Of a stretch of DNA of 64,000 nucleotides, positions 30,801 through 43,680 are shown piece after piece; within the stretch, counting starts at the first letter, position 1; every line of letters starts with the position of its first letter. The DNA comes from an uncultured bacterium (GTDB lineage: Bacteria > Krumholzibacteriota > Krumholzibacteriia > JACNKJ01), in the NCBI GenBank assembly GCA_963695095.1, contig CAVOFT010000001.1, forward strand, positions 1,728,001-1,792,000. Direction: 5' to 3'. The notes under the pieces are model-generated. The model saw nothing but the letters and a program-made list of their open reading frames with translations, was not told where the DNA came from and did no database searches. A program made the translations under genes and the position numbers.

Positions 30801-31119
30801 CGCGCTCTACCAGGCGCCGGACCTGGCCGGGGGCGGCGACGCGGTGCAGCTGATGACCATCCATGCGGCGAAGGGCCTGGAGTTCGAGCGCGTCTACATC
30901 GTGGGCCTGGAGGAGAACGTGCTGCCCGGCTTCTACGCGCTGCGCTCGGGGGACCCGGAGGAGCTGGCCGAGGAGCGGCGCCTGCTCTTCGTGGCGATGA
31001 CGCGCGCGGCGAGCGCCCTCACCCTGACGCGCGTGGACAGCCGCGGCGGCTTTCGCCAGGCGCCCAGCCGCTTCCTGGCCGGCCTCGCCCCGGCGGGCAG
31101 CGAGGCGGCGGCGCCGTGA
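27850..31119 (+). CDS. UvrD/PcrA-family SF1 helicase with an inserted DEDDh 3'-5' exonuclease domain
   Basis: LNPRQ, AGPGTGKT, TFTRKAA, VDEFQD, DDQQSIYAWRGA, LEENYR, MTIHAAKGLEF, EERRLLFVAMTRA; insert with FDLETTG, HNGASFD, HRALED. Confidence 0.9.
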   Translation: MSQSANGNPWRELERELNPRQREAVFSTAAHCLVLAGPGTGKTRTLVNRAVYLVSAAGEEPGAILTLTFTRKAAQVMLERLARYLGESAGALRTGTFHHFCLELLRGQAGRGAVPRDFSVADEARQLRALERAWNRLDFSARPPDERELRFLLGRFGAHRAQREPGQLSALQLELFAEYQRLLRDERAIDFDDILDLSRQLLTEDAALLAATRARWRRVLVDEFQDTDALQYQLLRLLVPAAGSSFVVADDQQSIYAWRGADRRNVARYREDYAPVELRLEENYRNRDAILGGALAVLAAGGEPPRELVSRAPGTGSLRLEAFPSEREEADFLAADIRRARARERRLRWGDIAILYPKHAIGEYLETRLMAERLPVELVSGRALLAQERIRRVVAALRLLRHGGDDEALATLLAGQLDESAYALLRRVARHAGDSLRAGLDRLLRGAGQLRSLRERWQAFQAGPGAEAADDARWLAAWRAAFPAGYELEAYLDAEGAGLEIAAPAEIDAGAQRRALLAAGERLEQLSRLPWLLDGVVARLGNLRAGQGGRSLSQLVREILLDFVDPDAGAGELPGDPAAVPGLAALLDALREQLRRGRRVLVETPGAPAEASQLLVDLLRGGLEPWHAQCLVARDEKAGSPPSDSLRLSAAGDRLRLTGLPQGALEAGGAPAALLVFRLYQLWRGAEHRPLKDFVLFDLETTGVDPQRCELIEVAAIRYEDGRESAHYSSLLRPQGAIPAEATRVHGITDAMVAAAPAPAQALPAFLAFLGERDLVAHNGASFDFPLLRRVAREQGLAPPRNALFDSLALARRLFPGEKNDLGALMARFGVKAAARHRALEDCRALAAVFAELQAAQLAALRRRVGREALAPAALALLLMEGERLQALAARDADSYALFQAGVRRLLASGSGWLDRLLPGDAQASPAAARRALEAALLAAAGLDGEAPDLFTGLRSEEERFLALVPRFDELFLGDSLAAFLDFLALYQAPDLAGGGDAVQLMTIHAAKGLEFERVYIVGLEENVLPGFYALRSGDPEELAEERRLLFVAMTRAASALTLTRVDSRGGFRQAPSRFLAGLAPAGSEAAAP

Positions 31120-32036
31120 GCCCGCGCCGGCACTGGAGCCTGCCGCGCGGGCTGCTCCGCGCGCTGCGCGCGCTGGCCATCGCAGCGCTGGCGCTCCTCG
31201 TGCTGCGGGCCGTGGCGCTGCCGCTCGCGCGCCAGCGCCAGGCGCGGCGCGTGGAGAGCGCAACCCTCATCGCCCTGCTGCCCGCCGGCCTGGAGTCCTG
31301 GTGCCTCGAGCGTCCCGCGCTGCGGCGGGCGCCGGCCCTGCTCTGGCCCAGCCCTGAGGGTCGCCTGCGCGAGCGCGCGCTCGCCTGGGGCTTGCCGCTG
31401 GCGGCGCTGGAAGCCGACTCCCTGCTCAGGCTCACGCCCTTCGGCGGCGAGTGGCTCTGCGCGCGGCGCGCCGACGGAGCCTGGCTACTCGTCGGCGCGC
31501 GCGATCGCCTGGGCGTTGCCCAGCCGACGGTGGAGGGGGAGACGCTCAGCCTCCCGGCCAGGGGCATCAGCTTGCGCCTGGCCGGCACGCGCTTCCTCGT
31601 CGCCTCCGATCCGGCCCTGCTCGCTGCTGGGGGGCCGCGCTGGCTCGACGCCCAGCGGCCCTGGCTCGAGCGCGACGACCTGCTGCTGGGCGCGGACTGG
31701 CTGGAATTCCAGGCGGCCGGCGAGGGCGGCGCCCTGCTCGGCGCCAAGTGGCTGCGGCGCAGCCTCCTGTGCGAGGGCCTGGCCTGGGACTGCGCCGCGG
31801 GAGACGGCGACCGCCGGCTGGCCGCGCTCTGTCCGGGTCCCGCGCCGGCGCCCGTGCCGGATAGCCTCCTGGCGGCGCTGCCGCTCCTGCGCCGCAGCGG
31901 TCCCTTCGCTCCCGATGGGCGCGCGCTGCCCCTCGTGGCCAGCGGTCAGGCCGAGGCCGCGGGCCTCAGCAGCGCCGAGCGGCGCTGGCGCGCGGGGTCG
32001 GCGGCCGGCCTCGCCCGCGTGCTCAGTCTGCGCTGA
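31116..32036 (+). CDS. Hypothetical membrane-anchored protein
   Basis: GTGA overlap with the helicase stop; N-terminal hydrophobic segment; no recognisable motif. Confidence 0.5.
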   Translation: MSPRRHWSLPRGLLRALRALAIAALALLVLRAVALPLARQRQARRVESATLIALLPAGLESWCLERPALRRAPALLWPSPEGRLRERALAWGLPLAALEADSLLRLTPFGGEWLCARRADGAWLLVGARDRLGVAQPTVEGETLSLPARGISLRLAGTRFLVASDPALLAAGGPRWLDAQRPWLERDDLLLGADWLEFQAAGEGGALLGAKWLRRSLLCEGLAWDCAAGDGDRRLAALCPGPAPAPVPDSLLAALPLLRRSGPFAPDGRALPLVASGQAEAAGLSSAERRWRAGSAAGLARVLSLR

Positions 32037-32066
32037 TAAAGTCGGCGCCGCGCGGGGAAATTGCCA

Positions 32067-32095
32067 TTGACAGTGCCCAGGCTCCCGAACAGTAT
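32067..32095 (+). promoter_or_regulatory. Putative sigma70 promoter of the nuo operon
   Basis: TTGACA (32067-32072), 17 bp, CAGTAT (32090-32095), upstream of nuoA. Confidence 0.5.
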
Positions 32096-32122
32096 GTCAC
32101 GGATTGTGATGAAAGGTGCGAG

Positions 32123-32551
32123 ATGAGCCTGATCGCCGCCGCGGACAGCTTCGCCGCCGGCTCCTATCTTCCCATCGCCATCCTCATCCTGGTCGCCCTG
32201 CTCCTGTCGGGCGCCATGGTGGCGGCCAGCCGCTATGTCGGCCGGCGGCTGGACGCGCCGGGGAAGGCCACGCCCTACGAGTCGGGGATGGAGCCCAAGG
32301 GCGACGCCCGCGAGCGCTTCTCCGTGAAGTTCTACCTGGTCGCCATCCTGTTCATCCTCTTCGACATCGAGGTCGTCTTCCTCTACCCCTGGGCGGTTCA
32401 GCTCAAGCAGCTCGGCCGCTTCGGGCTCATCGAGATGGGCATCTTCCTGCTCATCCTCATGGTCGGCTACTTCTACATCCGCGGCAGCGGCGCCCTGGAC
32501 TGGGACCGCGGCGGCCTCTACGAGCGGCGGGGGCCCGATGTCGACGCCTGA
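32123..32551 (+). CDS. nuoA: NADH-quinone oxidoreductase subunit A
   Basis: PYESG, FYLVAILFILFDIEVVFLYPWA, GALDW. Confidence 0.95.
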   Translation: MSLIAAADSFAAGSYLPIAILILVALLLSGAMVAASRYVGRRLDAPGKATPYESGMEPKGDARERFSVKFYLVAILFILFDIEVVFLYPWAVQLKQLGRFGLIEMGIFLLILMVGYFYIRGSGALDWDRGGLYERRGPDVDA

Positions 32552-33038
32552 GGAGCTGGCCGCCTTCGCCGCCCAGGCCCAGCGCTGCTTCGGGGCGGCG
32601 CTGCTGGAGCTCGAGCAGGCGAGGGGCGAGCTGACCCTGCGCGTGGGGCCGGAGGACCTGCTCGCGCTCCTGACCTGGGCCCGCGATGAGGCCGAGCCGC
32701 GCCTGAGCATGCTCACGGACATCAGCGGCGTCGACGGGCTGGGCCTGGGCTGGCAGCCCCGCTTTCGCGTCAGCTACCATCTGCTCAGCCTGGCCACGGG
32801 GCTGCGCCTGCGCGTGCAGGCCGATACCGTCGCGACGGAGACGGGCTGGGCGCTGCCCACCGCCACCGGGCTCTGGCCCATGGCCGACTGGAACGAGCGC
32901 GAGGTCTGGGACCTGATGGGCATCGCCTTCACAGGGCATCCGGATCCACGGCGCATCCTGCTGCACGAGGACTATGCGCTGGGCCATCCCCTGCGCAAGG
33001 AAGTTCCCACCCGCGGCGTGGGCGACGACAACCGCTAG
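32538..33038 (+). CDS. nuoC: NADH-quinone oxidoreductase subunit C
   Basis: RFRVSYHLLS, ADWNEREVWDLMGIAFTGHPDPRRIL, GHPLRK. Confidence 0.92.
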   Translation: MSTPEELAAFAAQAQRCFGAALLELEQARGELTLRVGPEDLLALLTWARDEAEPRLSMLTDISGVDGLGLGWQPRFRVSYHLLSLATGLRLRVQADTVATETGWALPTATGLWPMADWNEREVWDLMGIAFTGHPDPRRILLHEDYALGHPLRKEVPTRGVGDDNR

Positions 33039-33112
33039 CTGCGACGCGCAGGCCGCAGGGCGCGGCCGCCCGGCCGGCGCCGGGCCGGTCTCGCGAAACG
33101 AGGAGTGAGGGC

Positions 33113-33577
33113 ATGGTCGCTGAGGCCGTCCAGCGCGAGATCGACGCCATCGTGGCGCGCTACCCGGATCCGCGTTCGGCGCTGCTGCCCATCCTGCACC
33201 TGCTGCAGCGGGAGGAGGGCTGGCTCAGCCCCGCCGCCCAGAGCTGGGCCGCCGAGCGCCTGGCGCTCAGTCCGGCGATGGTGCAGGGCGTGGTCACCTT
33301 CTACACGATGTTCAACGCCGAGCCGGTGGGCCGCCACCTGATCCAGCTCTGCCGCACCCTGAGCTGCGAGCTGCGCGGCTCGCTGGACATCCGCGCCGCC
33401 CTGAAGCAGCGCCTGGGCATCGGTCCCGGCGAGACCAGCGCCGACGGCCGCTTCACGCTGGTGGAGGTGGAGTGCCTGGGCGCCTGCGGCACGGCGCCCG
33501 CGATGATGATCGGAGAGACCTACTACGAGAATCTGACGGCCGCCGGCCTGGATGCGCTGCTGGCCGCGCATCCCTGA
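33113..33577 (+). CDS. nuoE: NADH-quinone oxidoreductase subunit E
   Basis: VVTFYTMF, CRTLSC, ECLGAC [2Fe-2S] ligands. Confidence 0.95.
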   Translation: MVAEAVQREIDAIVARYPDPRSALLPILHLLQREEGWLSPAAQSWAAERLALSPAMVQGVVTFYTMFNAEPVGRHLIQLCRTLSCELRGSLDIRAALKQRLGIGPGETSADGRFTLVEVECLGACGTAPAMMIGETYYENLTAAGLDALLAAHP

Positions 33578-33600
33578 CGAGGCCACCCGGCGAGGACGCA

Positions 33601-34880
<1,280 letters not shown>

Positions 34881-34881
<1 letters not shown>

Positions 34882-35912
34882 TGGCCGACCTCATCATCAC
34901 GGTGGCGAAGATCCTGGCCATCGTGCTCGTCGTCCTGCTCGGGGTGGCCTACATGACCCTGGCCGAGCGCAAGGTCTCGGCCTTCATCCAGTGGCGGAAG
35001 GGGCCCAACCGCGTCGGTCCCTGGGGCCTGCTGCAGCCCATCGCCGACGGCCTCAAGTTCGTCCTCAAGGAGGACTTCACGCCGCCGGGCGCGAACCGGG
35101 CGCTGCACACGCTGGCCCCCATGCTGGTGATGATGCCGGCGCTGATCACCTACGCGGTCATCCCCTTCGGCGGCACCCTGCCCATCCTGGGCCACGAGGT
35201 GCGCCTGATCGTGGCTGACTTGTCCATTGGTATCCTCTTCATTTTCGCCATCGCCAGCCTCGGCGTCTACGGCATCGCCGTGGGCGGCTGGTCGAGCAAC
35301 AACAAGTACGCCCTCCTCGGCAGCTTGCGCGCCAGCGCGCAGATGATCAGCTACGAGATCGCCTTGGGCCTGGCCGTGATCCCGGTGATCATGTTCGTCG
35401 GCTCGCTGAAGCTCACGGACATCGTCGCCCACCAGGGGGCCAATCCCTGGTTCGTCCTCAGCCAGCCGCTGAGTTGCCTGCTCTTCGTGATCGCCGCCTT
35501 CGCCGAGACCAACCGCCTGCCCTTCGACCTGCCCGAGGCGGAGTCCGAGCTGGTGGCCGGCTACCACACCGAGTACAGCTCGATGAAGTTCGCCATGTTC
35601 ATGCTCGGCGAGTACGTCAACATGATGACGGCCAGCGCGCTGATCGTGACGCTCTTCTTCGGCGGCTATCACCTACCCTGGGTAGAGGGCCTGGCCTTCT
35701 TCGGCGCCCACCCCGGCTGGCTGGCGCTGCTGCAGATCGCCACCTTCCTGGCCAAGGTCTGCGTCTGGCTCTTCATCTTCCTGTGGGTGCGCTGGTCGCT
35801 GCCGCGCTTCCGCTACGATCAGCTGATGGGTCTGGGCTGGCGCGTGCTGCTGCCCCTCGCCCTGGCCAACCTGGCCTTCTACGGTCTGTGGACCCTCAAG
35901 GACCTGCAGTAG
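34881..35912 (+). CDS. nuoH: NADH-quinone oxidoreductase subunit H
   Basis: ERKVSA..Q.RKGPNRVG, QPIADGLK, AETNRLPFDLPEAESELVAGYHTEYS, PRFRYDQLM. Confidence 0.97.
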
Positions 35913-35921
35913 GGAGGGCGC

Positions 35922-36413
35922 GTGAAAGAGCTTCTCTTCTATTTCTTCGCCGTCCTCGCCCTGGTCTCGGGGCTGCTCGTGATCACGCGGCGCAATCCGC
36001 TCACCGCTGCGCTCTACCTGGTGCTCGCCTTCTTCTCGCTGGCCGGGATCTACGTCCTGCTCGACGCCTTCTTCCTGGCCGCGGTGCAGGTGGCGGTCTA
36101 CGCGGGCGCCATCATGGTGCTCTTCCTCTTCGTGATCATGCTGCTCAATCTGGGCCCCGACGACCTGCCGCCGATCATGACCCGCAAGGTGCGCTGGGTC
36201 TACGCGGCCGCCAGCGCTCTGCTCGTAGTGGTCTTCCTGGCCCTCGATCTGGGCCGCCGGCTGCCGCCGCCGGCACCGGGGCCCGCGGGCGAGGTGGGGG
36301 CCATCGGCGAGCGCCTCTTCGGCGCCTACCTGCTGCCCTTCGAAATCACCGCCGTCCTGCTCCTGGTGGCCATCGTCGGTTCCGTGGTGCTGGCCCACCG
36401 CGAGTCCAAGTGA
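35922..36413 (+). CDS. nuoJ: NADH-quinone oxidoreductase subunit J
   Basis: QVAVYAGAIMVLFLFVIMLL, YLLPFE. Confidence 0.95.
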   Translation: MKELLFYFFAVLALVSGLLVITRRNPLTAALYLVLAFFSLAGIYVLLDAFFLAAVQVAVYAGAIMVLFLFVIMLLNLGPDDLPPIMTRKVRWVYAAASALLVVVFLALDLGRRLPPPAPGPAGEVGAIGERLFGAYLLPFEITAVLLLVAIVGSVVLAHRESK

Positions 36414-36431
36414 AGCGCTAGGAGGCGCGCC

Positions 36432-36734
36432 GTGATCGATCTCAACCATGCGCTCGTCGTCTCCTTCCTGCTCTTCGGCATCGGCGTGGCCGGCGTGCTG
36501 CTGCGCCGCAACGCGATCGTCGTCTTCATGTCCATCGAGCTGATGCTCAACGCGGTCAACCTGGCGCTCGTCACCTTCTCTCGCCTGCGCGGCGACCTCG
36601 ACGCCCAGGTGCTCTGCTTCTTCGTGATGGCGGTGGCGGCCGCGGAGGCGGCCATCGGTCTCGGCCTCGTCATCGCGCTGTTCAGGCGGCACGAGAGCAT
36701 CGACCTCGACCGGGCGACCCTGCTCAGGAGCTAG
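36432..36734 (+). CDS. nuoK: NADH-quinone oxidoreductase subunit K
   Basis: [29 protein letters not shown]. Confidence 0.95.
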   Translation: MIDLNHALVVSFLLFGIGVAGVLLRRNAIVVFMSIELMLNAVNLALVTFSRLRGDLDAQVLCFFVMAVAAAEAAIGLGLVIALFRRHESIDLDRATLLRS

Positions 36735-36736
36735 GC

Positions 36737-38684
<1,948 letters not shown>

Positions 38685-38693
38685 GGGGGAAGG

Positions 38694-40285
<1,592 letters not shown>

Positions 40286-40291
40286 GCCACC

Positions 40292-41737
40292 GTGGACTCG
40301 AGCCTCAGCCTGGCCGCCCCCGCCATCGTGCTCGTGCTCGCGGCGATGCTCGTGCTGCTCGTCGAGCTGCCCCGGCGCCGCCGCGGCGGCGGCGAGGGCT
40401 GGCTCTCGGATGCCATTGCCCTCGCCGGCTTCGCCGTGGCGGCAGTGCTCGTCCTGCGCCAGTGGGGCGCGCCCAGCAGCCTCGGCTTCGGCGGCCGCTG
40501 GGTGCAGGATGGTCTGGCCACCTATTTCCACCTGCTCTTCCTGGGCATCGGCGCCGCCACCCAGCTGATGGCGATGCCCTACCTGCGCCGGGAGGCGCTG
40601 CCGCGGCTGGAGTTCCTCGCCCTGCTGCTCTTCGCCGTCACCGGCATGCTGCTCATGGCCGCCGCCACCGAGCTGATCACCTTCTTCCTCGCCCTGGAAC
40701 TCCTCTCGATGGCGCTCTACGTGCTGGCCGGCTACCAGCGCCGCCAGGCGCGCAGCATCGAGGCGGCGATCAAGTACTTCCTGCTCGGCGCCTTCGCCAG
40801 CGCGCTCCTGCTCATGGGCATGGCCCTGCACTGGGGGGCCACGGGCAGCCTCGCCCTGCACGCGGCCGCGCCGGTGGGCGCCGGCGCCCAGTTCAGTCCC
40901 GCCCTGGCGCGGGCCGGCTTCTGGCTCATCCTCGTCGGCTTCGCCTTCAAGGTGAGCGCCGTGCCCTTCCACTTCTGGACGGCCGATGTCTACGACGGCA
41001 GTCCGGCGCCGGTGGCCGCCCTGATGGCGACGGGCACGAAGGCGGCCGCCTTCGCCGGGCTGCTGCGCCTGCTGGGCCCGGGTCTGGCGCCGCCGCCGGC
41101 CGAGTGGGTGCCCGTGCTCTGGTGGCTGGCCGTGCTGACGATGTCGGTGGGCAACCTGATGGCCATCGTGCAGAGCAATCTCAAGCGCATGCTGGCCTTC
41201 TCCAGCGTCGCCCACGCGGGCTACCTGCTGGTGGCGGTCGTGACCGCCACGCAGGGCGCGGCGCGGGCGCTGCTCTTCTATCTGGTGGCCTACACGCTGA
41301 TGAACCTGGGCGCCTTCGCCGTGCTCAGCCTCGTCGCCCGCAAGGGCGAGGAGTACCAGTCCATCTACGACTATGCGGGCCTCGCCCGGCGGCAGCCCGC
41401 CCTCGCGATCCTGATGAGCGTCTTCCTCTTCGCCCTGGCCGGGATCCCGCCCACGGCGGGCTTCACGGGCAAGTTCGTCATCTTCGCCGAGGCGGTGCGC
41501 GCCGGTCTGCTGCCCCTGGCGATCATCGCCGTGCTCAACAGCCTGGTCTCGGTCTACTACTACCTGCGGGTCATCTACCTGATGACCATGAAGGAGGAGT
41601 GGGAGGAGACACCGGCCTTCGGCGTGCCGGCACCCGTGGCGCTGGTCCTGGCCGGCGCCCTGCTGCTCGTGCTCTGGCTGGGGCTGGCCCCCGGCCAGCT
41701 GCTGGCGGCCGCTGCCTATGCGGCGCGCGCGCTCTGA
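40292..41737 (+). CDS. nuoN: NADH-quinone oxidoreductase subunit N
   Basis: EAAIKYFLLGA, FKVSAVPFHFWTADVYDG, KRMLAFSSVAHAGY, LAGIPPTAGFTGK, YYYLR. Confidence 0.95.
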   Translation: MDSSLSLAAPAIVLVLAAMLVLLVELPRRRRGGGEGWLSDAIALAGFAVAAVLVLRQWGAPSSLGFGGRWVQDGLATYFHLLFLGIGAATQLMAMPYLRREALPRLEFLALLLFAVTGMLLMAAATELITFFLALELLSMALYVLAGYQRRQARSIEAAIKYFLLGAFASALLLMGMALHWGATGSLALHAAAPVGAGAQFSPALARAGFWLILVGFAFKVSAVPFHFWTADVYDGSPAPVAALMATGTKAAAFAGLLRLLGPGLAPPPAEWVPVLWWLAVLTMSVGNLMAIVQSNLKRMLAFSSVAHAGYLLVAVVTATQGAARALLFYLVAYTLMNLGAFAVLSLVARKGEEYQSIYDYAGLARRQPALAILMSVFLFALAGIPPTAGFTGKFVIFAEAVRAGLLPLAIIAVLNSLVSVYYYLRVIYLMTMKEEWEETPAFGVPAPVALVLAGALLLVLWLGLAPGQLLAAAAYAARAL

Positions 41738-41832
41738 GTCCGGGCTCGCTTGACCGCGTGCGCGGCCCGGGCGTAGACTCGCGCCCCCGCCCGCCCGGCC
41801 TTCCCTCGAGGACCTTCGCAAAGGATGGCTGC

Positions 41833-43680
41833 ATGCCTCGCCCCCTCCGCTTCGGCGCCGCAGCCGCCGCCCTCGCGCTTCTCCTGGCTGCGGGCGGCCC
41901 GCCGGCCTCGGCCGCGGAGCTCTTTCCGCTCGCGGAACTCAGGCCCGGACTGCGGGGCGAAGGCTTCAGCGTCTTCGCGGGGGACAGCATCAGTCGCTTC
42001 CCGGTGGAGATCGTCGATCGCATCGTCGGGCGCGCGCCCCACGAGCTGATCCTCGTGCGCTGCCTGGGCGAGCAGCTGGCGCGCGACGGCATCAGCCAGG
42101 GCATGAGCGGCAGCCCGGTCTACGTGGAGGGCCGCTGGCTGGGGGCCATCGCCTACAACTTCAGCTTCGCCAAGGAACCGCTGGCCCTGGTGACGCCGGC
42201 CGCCGCCATGCTCGCCCTGGGCGATCGGGCGCGGGGGACAGGGCCTCGCGCCGCCGGGGGCAGCCAGCGGACGCTGCCTTATCTGGCCGCGGACTGGTCG
42301 CCCGCGCTCGCGCCGCTGGCGCTGCCCGCCGCTGGTCCCCTGCCGCTGGCCGTGGGCGGACTGGCGCCGGCGGCCATGCAGCGCCTGACGGAGCGCTATC
42401 GGCCGGCCGGCCTCGAGTTCATGCCCCTGGGTGTCGCGGCCGGCACCGCCAGCTCCGGCAGCGAGGAGAGCGCGCCGGCCTTGCTTCCCGGCGCGGCCCT
42501 GGCCGTCGAGCTCCTGCGCGGGCCGATCACGACGGCGGCGCTGGGCACGCTCAGCCACGTGGAGGGCGACAAGCTCTGGGCCTTCGGCCATCCCTTCCTC
42601 GGCGAGGGTCCGAGCGAACTGCCCCTGGCCGCGGCCCACATCCACGCCGTGCTGCCCAGCCTCTTCAACTCCTTCAAGCTCGGCACGATGGGGGAGCGCG
42701 TGGGCAGCCTGCTCGTCGACGGCGAGGCGGGCATCTACGGCCAGCTCGGCCCCGGTCCCTCCCTGCTGCCCCTGCGCGTGCAGCTCAGCCGCGCGGGGGG
42801 CCGCGAGAGCGCGGCCTTCGAGCTGGTCCGCCACCGGCAGCTCACTCCCCTGCTCGCCCGCCTCGCCCTGGACGGCTGGCTGCCCGCCCATCTCGGCGAG
42901 CAGGAGCAGGGCGCCCTGGAGCTGGTCCTCGGCCTGGCGCCGGCCCGCGGCGAGCCCGCCATGCCGCCCTTGCGCCTCGAGGAGCGCTTCGCCGGCCGGG
43001 GCAGCGCGCAGGCGGCGGGAGCCTGGCTGCAATCCCTGCTGCAAGCGCTCGCGGAGAGCCCCGAGGGTCCCCTGCCGCTGGACTCCCTCAGCGTGGAACT
43101 CACCTGGCGCGGCGGCGAGGAGCCCCTGCGCCTGCATGACCTCAGCCTGCAGCGGGAGGCCGTGCGCGGCGGCGAGCCCTGGCAGCTCTGCCTCCGCCTC
43201 GCCCAGGACGGCGAACCGGGCCAGGCCGCCCCCCGCGAGTGGCGCCTGGCCTTTCCGGATCCCGCGCTCGGCCCCATCGAGCGGCTCGTCGGCGCCCTGC
43301 CGCCCGGGGACTACCGGCTGCACGTCGCCGACGGCACCAGCTTCGAGCGCTGGAACGCCGCCCGCCAGCCCGCGCTCTACACCGTCGACGACCATGCGGC
43401 GCTGCTTGCGCTGCTCGGGCGGCTGGCGAGCAGCGGCGAGTGGGTGCTCTGGCTCGAGGCCCCGGGCGAGGACCGCGTGGCGGCCGGCCGCGAGTTCAAC
43501 CTGCCTCTGCGCTATCGCGCGCTGGCGCCCGTCTCGCGCCGCGAAGCCATCCTGAGTCCCAAGGAGCCGCGGCGGATCCTGGCCCTGCAGCGCCTCGAGG
43601 TGCCGGCCGGCGCCGCCGCGGCCGGACACCTCTCGATGCCGGTCACCGTTCTGGACACCCCGCGAAGGAGCAAGCCGTGA
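41833..43680 (+). CDS. Secreted SpoIVB-type (S55) peptidase-domain protein
   Basis: Signal peptide; GISQGMSGSPVY catalytic-Ser motif; GTLS...AFGHPF; SFKLG. Confidence 0.8.
   Translation: MPRPLRFGAAAAALALLLAAGGPPASAAELFPLAELRPGLRGEGFSVFAGDSISRFPVEIVDRIVGRAPHELILVRCLGEQLARDGISQGMSGSPVYVEGRWLGAIAYNFSFAKEPLALVTPAAAMLALGDRARGTGPRAAGGSQRTLPYLAADWSPALAPLALPAAGPLPLAVGGLAPAAMQRLTERYRPAGLEFMPLGVAAGTASSGSEESAPALLPGAALAVELLRGPITTAALGTLSHVEGDKLWAFGHPFLGEGPSELPLAAAHIHAVLPSLFNSFKLGTMGERVGSLLVDGEAGIYGQLGPGPSLLPLRVQLSRAGGRESAAFELVRHRQLTPLLARLALDGWLPAHLGEQEQGALELVLGLAPARGEPAMPPLRLEERFAGRGSAQAAGAWLQSLLQALAESPEGPLPLDSLSVELTWRGGEEPLRLHDLSLQREAVRGGEPWQLCLRLAQDGEPGQAAPREWRLAFPDPALGPIERLVGALPPGDYRLHVADGTSFERWNAARQPALYTVDDHAALLALLGRLASSGEWVLWLEAPGEDRVAAGREFNLPLRYRALAPVSRREAILSPKEPRRILALQRLEVPAGAAAAGHLSMPVTVLDTPRRSKP

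Noticed and set aside
32094..32112. Rex/CRP-like site upstream of nuoA (TCAC-ggatt-GTGA)
   Set aside because: Half-sites are in the opposite orientation and spacing to TGTGA-N6-TCACA; too short to support.
33039..33112. Remnant of nuoD between nuoC and nuoE
   Set aside because: Only 74 bp of GC-rich spacer plus an RBS; no NuoD motif (such as GPQHP or GYLHRG) visible.
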